Shown piece by piece: positions 36,808 through 48,554 of a DNA stretch of 64,000 bases (position 1 is the first letter of the stretch; every line of letters starts with the position of its first letter). The stretch is from Veleropilina oligotropha. Its lineage: Eukaryota. The stretch is from NCBI GenBank assembly GCA_048128005.1, contig JBEUKZ010000108.1:62001-126000 (forward strand), read 5' to 3'. The notes beneath the pieces were generated by a model. The model had not been told where the DNA came from and did no database searches. It saw only the letters and a program-made list of their open reading frames with translations. The position numbers and the translations under genes are program-made.

Positions 36808-38272
36808 GGTCTATAGCCTTGTGGTCCAGCAATGCATTCACATGATCAGAGTCACGATATGCTGCTCCAGCTGTGTAGGCTGCCTTGTGGTCCAGCAATG
36901 CATTCACATGATCAGAGTCACGATATGCTGCTCCAGCTGTGTAGGCTGCCTTGTGGTCCAGCAATGCATTCACATGGTCAGAGTCACGATATGCTGCTCC
37001 AGCTGTGTAGGCTGCCTTGTGGTCCAGCAATGCATTCACATGATCAGAGTCACGATATGCTGCTCCAGCTGTGTAGGCTGCCTTGTGGTCCAGCAATGCA
37101 TTCACATGATCAGAGTCACGATATGCTCCTCCAACTGTGTAGGCCGCCTTGTGGTCCAGCAATGCATTCACATGATCAGAGTCACGATATGCTGCTCCAG
37201 CTCTGTAGGCTGCCTTGTGGTTCAGCAATGCATTCACATGGTCAGAGTCACGATATTCTCCTCCAGCTGTGTAGACTGCCTTGTAGTCCAGCAATGCATT
37301 CACATGATCAGAGTCACGATATGCTGCTCCAGCTGTGTAGGCTGCCTTGTAGTCCAGCAATGCATTCACATGATCAGAGTCACGATATGCTCCTCCAGCT
37401 GTGTAGGCAGCCTTGTGGTCGAGCAATGCATTCACATGATCAGAGTCACGATATGCTACTCCAGCTGTGTAGGCTGCCTTGTGGTCCAGCAATGCATTCA
37501 CATGATCAGAGTCACGATATGCTGCTCCAGCTGTGTAGGCTGCCTTGTGGTCCAGCAATGCATTCACATGGTCAGAGTCACGATATGCTGCTCCAGCTGT
37601 GTAGGCTGCCTTGTGGTCCAGCAATGCATTCACATGATCAGAGTCACGATATGCTCCTCCAACTGTGTAGGCTGCCTTGTGGTCGAGCAATGCATTCACA
37701 TGATCAGAGTCACGATATGCTGCTCCAGCTCTGTAGGCTGCCTTGTGGTTCAGCAATGCATTCACATGATCAGAGTCACGATATGCTGCTCCAGCTCTGT
37801 AGGCTGCCTTGTGGTCCAGCAATGCATTCACATGATCAGAGCCACGATATGCTCCTCCAGCAGGTCTATAGGCCGCCTTGTGGTCCAGCAATGCATTCGC
37901 ATGATCAGAGTCACGATCTGCTGCTCCAGCTGTGTAGGCTGCCTTGTGGTCCAGCAATGCATTCACATGATCAGAGTGACGATATGCTCCTCCAACTGTG
38001 TAGGCTGCCTTGTGGTCGAGCAATGCATTCACATGATCAGAGTCACGATATGCTGCTCCAGCTGTGTGGGCTGCCTTGTGGTCCAGCAATGCATTCACAT
38101 GATCAGAGTCACGATATGCTGCTCCAGCTGTGTGGGCTGCCTTGTGGTCCAGCAATGCATTCACATGATCAGAGTCACGATATGCTGCTCCAGCAGGTCT
38201 ATAGCCTTGTGGTCCAGCAATGCATTCACATGATCAGAGTCATGATATGCTGCTCCAGCTGTGTAGGCAGCC
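36808..38272. repeat. 66-bp minisatellite (~22 units), intronic
   Basis: Unit gccttgtggtccagcaatgcattcacatgatcagagtcacgatatgctgctccagctgtgtaggct. Confidence 0.95.
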
Positions 38273-38344
38273 ACAAACGAAATGATACAAAATGGTATGC
38301 TTTTAAATGAGATGAACGCGCATGGTCTGACAACCATGATTGTT

Positions 38345-38656
38345 GAATCAGCATTAAGGCTCCTCAAGCAGGGCAGCACATGACCGGCTCTGCTAGAGCA
38401 CGTCCACATGTTCCTGCTAATAAACTAACCTCAACAATGCTGATGAGAATCAGCATTATGGCTCCTCAAGCAGGGCAGCACATGACCGGCTCTGCTAGAG
38501 CACGTCCACATGTTCCTGCTAATAAACTAACCTCAACAACGCTGATGAGAATCAGCATTATGGCTCCTCCAGCAGGGCAGCACATGACTGGCTCTGCTAG
38601 AGCACGTCCACATGTTCCTGCTAATCAACTAACCTCAACAATGCTGATGAGAATCA
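38345..38656. repeat. 102-bp tandem triplication spanning an exon end and splice donor
   Basis: gaatca recurs at 38345, 38447, 38549 and 38651; each unit has ~23 exon nt plus donor gttagt (minus strand). Confidence 0.93.
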
Positions 38657-38795
38657 TAAAGACCGGGGGCGGCCGGCAGTTGTAGTTGGCCATGAAGTCC
38701 TCTCGCAGCCGTCGGGGCACGATGTTCTCTATCGCGACCCCAAGGACGTTCTGGAACGCTGACCTCTCGCTCGCCTTCATCTCTGAGCCCGTCAT
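38634..38795 (-). CDS. RHBDL3-like: Rhomboid exon (MTGSEMKASERSAF...NYNCRPPPVFMILISIVE)
   Basis: Acceptor cttcag, donor gttagt; 162 nt, phase 0-0; YxCxPPPxFM motif before TM1. Confidence 0.93.
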
Positions 38796-40398
38796 CTGAA
38801 GAATAAACGAAGCATATTAAAATATTGATCAATAAAAAGTGCTATAAAAGTTAAAATAGGAAACATAAGATAAATCCTATTATGCTGAATAGATATAAAA
38901 TCCTACAGAAGCGCCTCGATCGCTCCGCCAGCCGTGTGATTTTGGTAGCAGACTCTGAAATATCAATGGATGGCGCCATCAGTAGTGGGTTCGAATCTCG
39001 GTTGGGACCTGACCTTATTTGTTCAAGCTATTTATGAATCACAGTTGTGTGATAATATGGACATGTCCTGCTGTGAGCTTCATGGTTGGGAACATGCAGG
39101 ACATTAAGCATCAATCCTTTCCTTTTCCATATTCGTAGAATACCCACTTCATAAATTGAAACTTGGCATAAATATGAGGTTTTAATGTAAACCTAATATT
39201 AGTATAAAACATACTTACGTCCTTACTCTTGCCATAATAGCATATTATCGCCCAAACCGGAAATGGTGAATATGTCCCATAATGCACCGTTAACAAGCCA
39301 AAAAAAGCACACGGTTACCTCCCCTGCTCCTACCCCCCACGTTCCCTAGCGAGACTTCGCCAAGTCTCGTGAGACTTCTGAACAATAGAAGTCACATGAC
39401 ATCAATTCAAAGTTCAAAAACCACAAAGGAACGTAGTAGAGGGGAGGAATGCGAAACGCAGGGTGGGTAATCGTGTAAGGACGTAAGTATGTTTTATACT
39501 AATATTAGGTTTACATTAAAACCTCATATATAGTTACAAACATACTTACGTCCTTACTCTTGCCAGAATAACCTTGGATAGGTGGGTAAGACGTTCCTTA
39601 CAACAAACCCAAACAAGATAATGACTTACTTTTCACCAATTCGATCAGCATGAAGCGTCGAGTGTGTCCGCCTAGAGTGGAATTTTTACTGAGTATTATA
39701 TTCTACTCTTACCAGGCGAGAATTTCGACCAGTGTTACCGGGAGAATACGCCGTGGTGTTAGTCGGACGAGGTGAACGGAAGTGCAATCAGCCCCTGGCA
39801 CGGCCGGAAGGATAAATCCCTGTAGGTCTTACGTGTCATGGACCAGTGGCAGCCAAATGGGACTCCGGGCCTATAGGCCGGTAGCCAGAGGATGCAGTCG
39901 GATTTGTAAGCACACGGAACCTAACAGGTTGTGAAAGCTTTAAAATCAAAAGCAAAGAATTAATAGATTATATAATAATCGATATTAATAAGTAGTTCGC
40001 ATGACCAACGTGCGAACGCTAACATGGACGACATGTCACTTAAAATAAATTTTAAGGAAGCAAAAATGTTCGACATGTTACTTAAAAATAAATGTTAAGG
40101 AATCAACATTTTAAATGTATTGAACATCGTATGTTCGATTACAGCAAAGAACATAATAATATTGAACCCTAATCTTTTTAAGATTTGTGCAAAATTATCA
40201 AAGTTGTTTTATTAAATTCAATGTGATCTGGCTTATGTCAACACTCAGTCTGACATGAGAAGTACAAAATCTTAAATTAGATTTAAGAAATGAACAGACA
40301 TTGAACTGCCCCATAGGTGTTAATTACATAGCACCGTTTGGCCAACGAAAATAAAATGGCGTCAGTAAATATGCAAATGAGCAATCAGAGAACAATAC

Positions 40399-43383
40399 TT
40401 ACTGATTAGAAGACCTCGGTCTAACAATAACCCGTTGTGCAGCAACACAGTGTAAACTGCTTAGGCCATCAGCCCCGGTTGAGTAGTCGCGCAGATAATG
40501 TTTTACAAACACGTTAGCGTTTTTCCAATATCCGGCCTGTAGTAACGCATTGATATTTAAATTATGTCGGAAGGCTACAGACGCTGCAATGGCCCGGACC
40601 TCATGTGCGCGGACCGATAAAATAGTTCGGTCGTCGTCATCACAACGGATGTAAACATCTCTCACAGTTTGTGAAATCCACCGCGAAACAGTAGTCCTCG
40701 TAATGTCGCGGGTGTAGGTGGGCAAATACGAAATGAATAAACGTAATTTTCCCTGTCGCAACTCACGGGTTCTGTCTAGGTAGAATCGAAGCGCCCGGAC
40801 CGGGCAATTGAAGCGGTCTGCGTCGCGCCTTCCGACTAGCGTTAGCTTGGGAATAACAACATCGGGTGCGTCCTCGTTCGGCCGCTGGTTCTTGGCTAAG
40901 AAGCCCAGAATGGGACGCAGTATCACCGACCCGTCTGACTGGAATCGTATGTCTCTTAGCTCGGAGGAGAAAGCATGAATCTCGGAACAACGCCTGCCCG
41001 ACGCTAAGGCGATCAGAAAAACTGTTTTGTGCGTCAAGTTCCTCATGGTTATCTCGGACATCGGCTCATACGGGGGTAAGAGTAATGCGTTAAGAATAAT
41101 TACGATATTCCAGGCAGGTGGCTTAATTCTTCGGGTCGGTATCTCGAGTTCATAAGATCGTATAAAATCTGATATCGTTCGGTCGCTTGATAGGCCAGCA
41201 TGGGCACGACACTGCTTTAGCGTGGTCGCGATCGTTGCCCGATAGCCTTTGACGGCGGACACTGACATACCGCGGTCGAAGAGCGACGATAAAAACTCGA
41301 TAAACTTGTTCACAGGGGGACGGAGTATATTGATCTGCCTGCTGTGACACCAATCCACGTACTTAACCCATCGGTAGTCATAGACTTTTGTAGTGGAAAT
41401 CCTTCTCGATCGATAGATACGTAAGGCTGTAGCTTTAGAAAATCCTTTCTTAGCAAGGGATCGTTCGATAACCGCCAGGCGTGTAAACGTAAGTGGTTCG
41501 GCGACTCGTGGAGTACACGGGTGCGTGGTTGCATTAACAGGTCTAGTTTCTGCGGTAACGCTAACGGTCGATCGACGATCAGATCGAGGAGGGTCGGAAA
41601 CCAAGGTTGCGTGCGATACAGGGGCGCTATTAGCGTTATCTCGCAACGTTCGGTCGCTGCCTTCTGTAATACCAGTGATAGAATGCACGTCGGGGGGAAG
41701 GCATACGCGGACAGATTCTCCCATGTCATTGACATTGCGTCGACCGCCAGGGCGGCCGGGTCTGGGTACGGGGAGACATACAGAGGTAGTCGGTAATTGA
41801 ATTCTGTTGCAAACAAGTCGACTTGGGGTTGCGACCACCGGCGGCAAACCTCCCGAGCTACTCGGCTGTGTAGCGTCCATTCTGTGTGTATAATCTGTGA
41901 TCTCCGAGAGAGCGAATCCGCTCTGACATTCAGCTTTCCCGGGATGTGTCGGGCTCGAATCGTCGAGTTGAGGGACATCACTAAGCGGTGTAGGTCTATT
42001 GCTCGGTCGCATAGGGGACGCGAGCGTGTACCGCCCTGGTGCTGTATGTAAGCGACGACAGTCGTGTTGTCCGTGGCGAGCATTATATGCTTGTTGCGGA
42101 GATGTGACGAGAGGGACCGTACTGACAGGTAGACGGCTTCTAACTCTAGGAAGTTGATATGGCGTCCCTGAAGGTCTGTCGGCCATAGGCCTGATGTCTC
42201 GTAACTGTCGAGGTGACCACCCCAGCCGTCGTTCGAAGCGTCTGTGAACAGGTAAGCGTTCGGCTCTGGTGGGGATATAGGAACCGACTGGTCCGGCAAA
42301 GCGGGGTTCAACCACACTGCTGTCGTGTCGGTAAACCAATGCCGTAGATCGATGCGATCCTTCCACTGCCCCGTCCGTTGTATCCAGCGATCCCTGAAAG
42401 CCTGTTGTAACGGTCTTTTGTCCATGCGACCCGTCGGTAGCAGGGGCGCTACCGACTCGATGTGCCCCAGGACAGTGGCCAGTTGTCGCGCCGTAGTTAT
42501 GTCCGATGACAGGGTGTCTTGGATAACCGCGCGTAGGTTCCGCATACGCTTCTGGGTCGGCTTCGCGGTGTACCGGACCGTATCGAAGTCGACTCCGAGG
42601 AACGTAAACGTCGTCGAGGGCACGAAGCAGGATTTTGTCTCGTTGATCTGAAATCCCAGGCGCTTCGTCGATGACAGGGTAAAGCTCGTAGACCGGAGGC
42701 ACAGATCTCGGGACGCCCCGAGGATCAGCCAGTCGTCGAGGTACATATGTACCCTGTGCCCTAGAGAGTGTAGGAAGGCCCCCAGGGCCTGTACTGTTCT
42801 CGTGAAGACGTACGGGGCTGACGATAGACCGAACGGTAGGCACCTGAATTGGTAGATCGTCTCCCCGTGTATAAACCGAAGGTACTGATGAGCCGTGATA
42901 TGCATCGGGACATGCAGATACGCGTCGGCGAGATCGATAGACGCTGCCCAGTCGCCCGGACGGATGGCCGCTCGAATCTTCGAGAGGGTTTCTTGCTGGA
43001 ATTTCTCGGTACGAAGATATAGGTTTAAGTACGAGAGATCGAGGATCGGTCTCCAGCGGCCATCGGGTTTCGGGACCAGGAAGAAATGGCTGTAAAATCC
43101 TGGTGTGCTGGGCGGCGCGGGATATATCGCTCTTTTTAGGAGCAAATCCCGCACTGCCTGGTCTAAGACCGCTTGTTTCTCTCCGTTTAGGAGTCGAGCG
43201 TGTCTTGTTGGTGGTGCCTCGGTTAAGGTCGGATGCCGGTTGAATGCCAACTTGTATCCGGCACTCACGACTAAGTGGACCCAGTTGCTGTCTGTCAGCT
43301 CTAGCCAGGGCTGGCTGTGTGCTAACAGGCACGCTCCCACCGGCGGGAGCGGGCAACTGGGGCCGTCGCGAATGCCGGCAGCC
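40399..43383 (-). CDS. DIRS tyrosine recombinase ORF, catalytic residues intact
   Basis: GRRCSEI, HEVR, GYWKNANVFVKHY; in frame with gag after TAG. Confidence 0.92.
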   Translation of the reverse strand, partial: GCRHSRRPQLPAPAGGSVPVSTQPALARADRQQLGPLSRECRIQVGIQPASDLNRGTTNKTRSTPKRRETSGLRPGSAGFAPKKSDISRAAQHTRILQPFLPGPETRWPLETDPRSLVLKPISSYREIPARNPLEDSSGHPSGRLGSVYRSRRRVSACPDAYHGSSVPSVYTRGDDLPIQVPTVRSIVSPVRLHENSTGPGGLPTLSRAQGTYVPRRLADPRGVPRSVPPVYELYPVIDEAPGISDQRDKILLRALDDVYVPRSRLRYGPVHREADPEAYAEPTRGYPRHPVIGHNYGATTGHCPGAHRVGSAPATDGSHGQKTVTTGFQGSLDTTDGAVEGSHRSTALVYRHDSSVVEPRFAGPVGSYIPTRAERLPVHRRFERRLGWSPRQLRDIRPMADRPSGTPYQLPRVRSRLPVSTVPLVTSPQQAYNARHGQHDCRRLHTAPGRYTLASPMRPSNRPTPLSDVPQLDDSSPTHPGKAECQSGFALSEITDYTHRMDATQPSSSGGLPPVVATPSRLVCNRIQLPTTSVCLPVPRPGRPGGRRNVNDMGESVRVCLPPDVHSITGITEGSDRTLRDNANSAPVSHATLVSDPPRSDRRSTVSVTAETRPVNATTHPCTPRVAEPLTFTRLAVIERSLAKKGFSKATALRIYRSRRISTTKVYDYRWVKYVDWCHSRQINILRPPVNKFIEFLSSLFDRGMSVSAVKGYRATIATTLKQCRAHAGLSSDRTISDFIRSYELEIPTRRIKPPAWNIVIILNALLLPPYEPMSEITMRNLTHKTVFLIALASGRRCSEIHAFSSELRDIRFQSDGSVILRPILGFLAKNQRPNEDAPDVVIPKLTLVGRRDADRFNCPVRALRFYLDRTRELRQGKLRLFISYLPTYTRDITRTTVSRWISQTVRDVYIRCDDDDRTILSVRAHEVRAIAASVAFRHNLNINALLQAGYWKNANVFVKHYLRDYSTGADGLSSLHCVAAQRVIVRPRSSNQ
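41310..43340 (-). CDS. DIRS pol (RT, RNase H, MT-like)
   Basis: YLDD, FLG, FTDAS, DLFA, YAFPP. Confidence 0.95.
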   Translation of the reverse strand: MGACLLAHSQPWLELTDSNWVHLVVSAGYKLAFNRHPTLTEAPPTRHARLLNGEKQAVLDQAVRDLLLKRAIYPAPPSTPGFYSHFFLVPKPDGRWRPILDLSYLNLYLRTEKFQQETLSKIRAAIRPGDWAASIDLADAYLHVPMHITAHQYLRFIHGETIYQFRCLPFGLSSAPYVFTRTVQALGAFLHSLGHRVHMYLDDWLILGASRDLCLRSTSFTLSSTKRLGFQINETKSCFVPSTTFTFLGVDFDTVRYTAKPTQKRMRNLRAVIQDTLSSDITTARQLATVLGHIESVAPLLPTGRMDKRPLQQAFRDRWIQRTGQWKDRIDLRHWFTDTTAVWLNPALPDQSVPISPPEPNAYLFTDASNDGWGGHLDSYETSGLWPTDLQGRHINFLELEAVYLSVRSLSSHLRNKHIMLATDNTTVVAYIQHQGGTRSRPLCDRAIDLHRLVMSLNSTIRARHIPGKLNVRADSLSRRSQIIHTEWTLHSRVAREVCRRWSQPQVDLFATEFNYRLPLYVSPYPDPAALAVDAMSMTWENLSAYAFPPTCILSLVLQKAATERCEITLIAPLYRTQPWFPTLLDLIVDRPLALPQKLDLLMQPRTRVLHESPNHLRLHAWRLSNDPLLRKDFLKLQPYVSIDREGFPLQKSMTTDGLSTWIGVTAGRSIYSVPL

Positions 43384-45626
43384 CTAGGGCCGAGGCTTCC
43401 CTATCCCGCTCTGCTTGCGGGATTTCGCTGGAGGTGCTCGCCTCTTTGGAGTGGGTTTATTGGCCGGAGGCCTACCACCCGAAGAGGGCTTCGCACGCTT
43501 AGAAGGCTTCGGGGCCGGGGTGGGCCCGGAGCGCTTCTTCGAGTTGGCAGGTGGACCCCGGGTGGGGAGCAGTACTGCCTTCTCGATGGCACGGTCCTTA
43601 ATGTCCGCCGCTCTCTTGTCAACAAACTCCGTGAAGTTGTCACCAAAGAGAGTGGTGGCCGAGCAAGGTACGCATCGCAACGAGCGCCGGGTGGGCTCGT
43701 CCAGCGAGGTACCTTCCAGGCAAGCATCCCTACGTAGTAGGAGGGCATTGCCCAGGACACGTCCCGTCTCCAACGCGCTGGTCTCCTGCGCGGCAGCAAC
43801 CTCCTGGAGGAAGGACAGGGCAGCCTCGGTGGCGCCGGGTCCATTCTCCTGTAATACGGCTATCGCCCCGTCTAGGAAAAAATCCTGAACGGACGATAGC
43901 CGCAGAGCCCGTCGGGCGGAGCTCTCGAAAGCTTCCAAGGCGGACCAAGGAACTTTCGCTACGGAGGGAGTGTGACTGGCGGTCAGTCGACGCAACGAAG
44001 CGTCAACACGAGCCGGCTCAGTCGCCAGGCACGGGCCAGTGCATTCGAACGGGGTCGCTCGAGTACTGGCCCGGAGGTACCTCCCACTACGGAACCCCGA
44101 AGGGAACTCGTTCAGCGGGGAGGACTCCACCGGATTGCGCCCCTGAACGAGCTTGGTGATCGAGTCTACAACAAGATCCACCAGCCCGGACTGAGGTAAG
44201 GAGGGGAGCTCGGGGGCTTCCCTCGCAACAAACCGATGTGCTGCCGTCCTATGCTTGGCTACGTCTACAGCCGACCGAGTCGGTTCCGACAAGCCAAGCA
44301 CCCCGCGAAGTGACGCAACAGCGTCGAGCCTTCGGCGGGTGGAGGAGGTCGGCTCCTGCGTGCCTGTAAGACTAATGTCTTCGGACCCGACCGATTCAGG
44401 GAGGTCGGAGTGATTTGAACAGAGATCCTCGTTGGAACGAGGGTCGATGTCTATCACTGAGGCAGGAGCCGTGCTCTGCGCCATGGGCAGAAGTGTAGGT
44501 ACCAGGTGCGGCTCGGGAGCCGTCGGCCAGGCCTTACACCGTTCCTCGATCCCCGCCGCGATCCATGCCTGGACGTTCTCAAAAGAGAAACCCGGAGGCA
44601 GGACGGGCGACGAACTAACAGCCGGTAGTTCTGTCGAGGTAACCGTGGCGCTAGGTAGACGGGCTGCATTGACAGGTCGAACCGAGGACCAGGGTCCACG
44701 GGCACTTGTCGAGGGGTCGAACCCGAAGGACTGGCCCGGAGGCGCAGTCAGTGGGCCGGACGACCGATAGGACTGCGGCAACAGTTCTGATCGGTCTACC
44801 ACTCTGTTCGAGCGAGGCACGGACGGAAAACCGCCGTAGAACCCCGTCCCGAACGCAGCCGGTCTGTCCACGTTCTCTAGCGTGACCACGGTGGGTGCAC
44901 GGGAGAGACCGGGCCCTCTGAATGTCTCGTGAGCTTCGAGGTTGAGCGGAAAACCCCTAGGGGAAGTCGCATGTTCTCGACCGAGGATTCAGGTTTCGCC
45001 GATTGTCCGAGTCTTAGACCTACAAGTAGGTGCCCGGCCTCTTTAAAGGCTTTCTCTGCATTGGGTCTGTCACCGTAGGAAGACGGTGAGTTTCCCGCAG
45101 AAGGACTAACTGTCCCCTTATTCTTCGAGGCCGAAGAAAAGGATGGGGATAGTCTGCCCTGTTCAGCTGTTCGCTGCGCTGTCATGTATACCTTGCTAGC
45201 CGGCAAGGTATGGCTGACTGCAGTTACTAGGCCCAGTTGTGGAGGAACGGTCGACACTCGGGTCTTTACCTGAATCTGGGGTACCGGCAAGGTTTCGGTG
45301 ACTCTCCCAAGAGTCGCGGAGGTTTCGCCGGTGGATCCGGCGACAGACGTCTGTCGGCTGTCGTCCAGCGTCCCTGAAGCAGACAAAGAAGAAACGTTAG
45401 GTAACTTACCGGTCTCTTCATGACCCTTCTCCACGGGAGGACCCACCGTGGCAGTCGCCCTGGTCGACTTACCGTGGTGAGACAGGGTTGCCCACTGCTT
45501 ATCTGATAGAAGAAAGCACAGATCACATTGATGATGTATACTACAGCTACGATGAGTACAACATTCCTTGTGCCTATCAAATGCGTGAATTTTCTGGTTA
45601 CACCCGGAGCTACTGCACCGGACCAT
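43384..45626 (-). pseudogene. DIRS gag, frameshifted
   Basis: 1-bp deletion near 44972 (gtcgcatgttc versus copy 1 gtcgcatcgttc), plus an in-frame 6-bp deletion near 45350. Confidence 0.85.
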
Positions 45627-46865
45627 AGCTAAATACACGGGAGGGTGGACGTGGGTAGACGGGGTAGATAAATAGGTATATATATGGTAGTTGAGACTTC
45701 TTTCCTTGGAGGGAGTACTACGACAACTCACAGAATTGTCCTGATCTGAAGATTAGAGATCAAGCGATATACCGTTATTAAAAACCCCGAACTGGGAACA
45801 CCGAGGTCGGGTATTTTACCCGACCGACCCGGTAACCCGGCAAATTGACTAAAACAAAGGGAGGTTATTTCCTCGAAAAAACCGCCCAGAAAAACACCTG
45901 AAAACCTCGTGGATGTTTTATGTTAGTACAATGGCGTATTATCCCAGCCACGGCAGGATATCAGAAAATTAACGCAAGCTTAATATCAAAAGATCCTGCC
46001 TTTTAACAACGCTAGAAAATTTTATATAATAATAACCAGCAAATAGCGTTGTTAAGGAATTATCCAATATAATGAGTTACCTGTTTTGCAGTCTCAAACA
46101 ATATCAGATAATTATACAGACCAGAAATTTCAGCTACCACTCGAAATTTTCCCTCTAAGCGGCCATCTTAACGGCCACTGGCGTCCTTGACGACGATGTC
46201 TGTTTCCTTTGATGTCCAGAACTTCCTCGAAGTTTGAGAATCACTCTTCTTATATTCACATGTGTTTTAGATCCACAACACAGGGTTATATTCCACTACT
46301 TATATACTATATAAGCAGAAACTGCGCCCTGATTTAACGTGAAATCGGGCGCCTATATCGAAATATTTGCGGAGCAAAACAACGTCTTTCCGCGACAGCT
46401 GAAAACTTTGAATTGATGTCATGTGACTTCTATTGTTCAGAAGTCTCACGAGACTTGGCGAAGTCTCGCTAGGGAACGTGGGGGGTAGGAGCAGGGGAGG
46501 TAACCGTGTGCTTTTTTTGGCTTGTTAACGGTGCATTATGGGACATATTCACCATTTCCGGTTTGGGCGATAATATGCTATTATGGCAAGAGTAAGGACG
46601 TAAGTATGTTTGTAACTATATATATACATTAAATACTAGAATTACATACAAAATAAATAAACAAAAATAAATCAACAAAAATAAAGCATTAATTATTTCT
46701 AAAAATATGCACAATTAATTATTATGGATTATACCTAGCTTTTACAAAATAGAAAATAAAATTATTGCTTTCATGCTTCTTTTTTCATGAACAATTTTTA
46801 ATACCAAGAATCAAACTTATACAAAAAATGGAGGCACCAGAATTTTTTTTTTTAAACTATCATAC

Positions 46866-47021
46866 CAGTTTCATGAATTCTTTGAAGTCGATTTTCTCAT
46901 CCTTGTCCAGGTCCCCTTTCTGCAGGAGTTGATTCATCCGGTCCCGAGGAATATGATCTGCCATTCCTTGAGCCTCACATTCACGGAGGACCTCACTAAT
47001 CGGTAACGCATCGCCGGGATA
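46866..47021 (-). CDS. RHBDL3-like: Rhomboid N-terminal EF-hand exon (YPGDALPISEV...QKGDLDKDEKIDFKEFMKL)
   Basis: Acceptor tttcag, donor gtatga; 156 nt, phase 0-0; EF-hand loop DLDKDEKIDFKE. Confidence 0.9.
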
Positions 47022-47104
47022 CTGAAAGATAATATATTATCTGTATGAACAGCATATAAAATACAGAAAAGCATACATAATTTGGTCTCCTGAAGAGCAG
47101 AATA

Positions 47105-47380
47105 TCCAGATCTGAATGAGGACAGAAATGAATGGAGCAAATATCTCCATATATACACGACCATATACCCAGATCTGAAGGAGGACAGAATATGAATGGA
47201 GCAAATATCTCCATATACACAACCAGATCTGAAGGAGGACAGAGTATGAATGAAGCAAATATCTCCATATATACACGACCATATACCCAGATCTGAAGGA
47301 GGACAGAATATGAATGGAGCAAATATCTCCATATACACAACCAGATCTGAAGGAGGACAGAGTATGAATGAAGCAAATAT
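47105..47380. repeat. ~55-65-bp tandem repeat, split by DIRS copy 3 (resumes at ~54789-54815)
   Basis: Unit ccagatctgaaggaggacagaatatgaatggagcaaatatctccatatatacacgacc. Confidence 0.88.
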
Positions 47381-48554
47381 GAGGATTAAGAGTAATCCCT
47401 TGTATCTATAATAATATACTTACGTCCTTACTAATGCCATAATAAGCCTATTATCGCTAAATCCGGACAAGGTGGAAATGGTAATTTGCACTTCTTTTAG
47501 TAAATTGAACCCAGCTGACCCCCTGACCTGCTCGACCTCCTCCAGTTCATGTCCAGTAAGAGCTCGCCAACTCCCGCGATATCTTCTTGACCAAGGGTCA
47601 AGACCTCATCCGAAGTTTATGCAAACCCCAAGACAAAGAACTTATATAAGAGGGGAGGTGCGAAGCAGGGTGGGCCAAGTGGGTAAGGACGTAAGTATAT
47701 TATTATAGATACAAGGGATTACTCTTAATCCTCATATCTATATCAAATATACTTACGTCCTTACTAATGCCAAGAATAACTTTGGTTGGCGGAGTTATAA
47801 GTTCCATACACCAAAATTAAAACTTACTTGTTACCAGAAGACGACGCTTTAGCGTTGAGATCGAGTCCGTTCAGAGTGGATTTTACTGAGCATCAAATCT
47901 ACCCTTACCCCGAGGTGAGATTTCGACCAAGAAATCTGGGAAAACACGCCAGGGATGTTAGTCGGACAGGTAACACGAAAGTGCATGTAGCTCCGGACAC
48001 CGGCGGAAGGTATACCTTGAGGCACTCGTGTCATGAGCAAAACAGTGATCTGAATATTCCGGACTCAAAGGTCGGCAGACAGAAAACTGCAAGACGTGGT
48101 TTTTAGAAGCACCCGAACCTAGGCAGGTAGATAGTGTTATAAAACCGTGACAATTATCAATAGATTGAAGAAAATTTCAATAACTTCATCTAGAATAATA
48201 AACTTTTGCATGTCCAACTTGCAAAATGTCAACATGATACGTTGTTACTTAAATAATTTTTAGTAGAGAATAATAATAAAATTTTTCAATGTACGCACAT
48301 TGAAATGTTCTGAGACAGCAGTAGAACATTTTAAAATAATATTATTTACCAAAAAGCATTATTAAGATTTAATAATATAAATGTCTACATCCAATGTGGG
48401 CATTGCTTCATATTAACTCAGTATGAATAATAAGTTCAATTTCTTAATCAGTTTAAGAAAGAAATACATTGGAGTAAATTCTAATGGTGAATTCAATGTA
48501 CACAAATAGAATTACATTATATTACCTCAGTGTCTGGTAAATTCCTAAACCCAA

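Larger units (their letters stand above)
39173..46620 (-). mobile_element. DIRS1-like retrotransposon, family A copy 2 (full length; near-identical to copy 1)
   Basis: 208-bp ITRs at 39207-39414 and 46404-46611; ICR 39475-39565; same ORF layout as copy 1. Confidence 0.97.

Noticed and set aside
36779..38310. 461-492 aa repeat ORFs in the 66-bp array
   Set aside because: Flanking exons join directly (SIVE|IVIF); the unit does not match an exon junction; open frames follow from the 66-bp period
38930..39010. tRNA gene (ggttcgaatctc B-box)
   Set aside because: No complete cloverleaf could be folded; more likely a SINE head remnant
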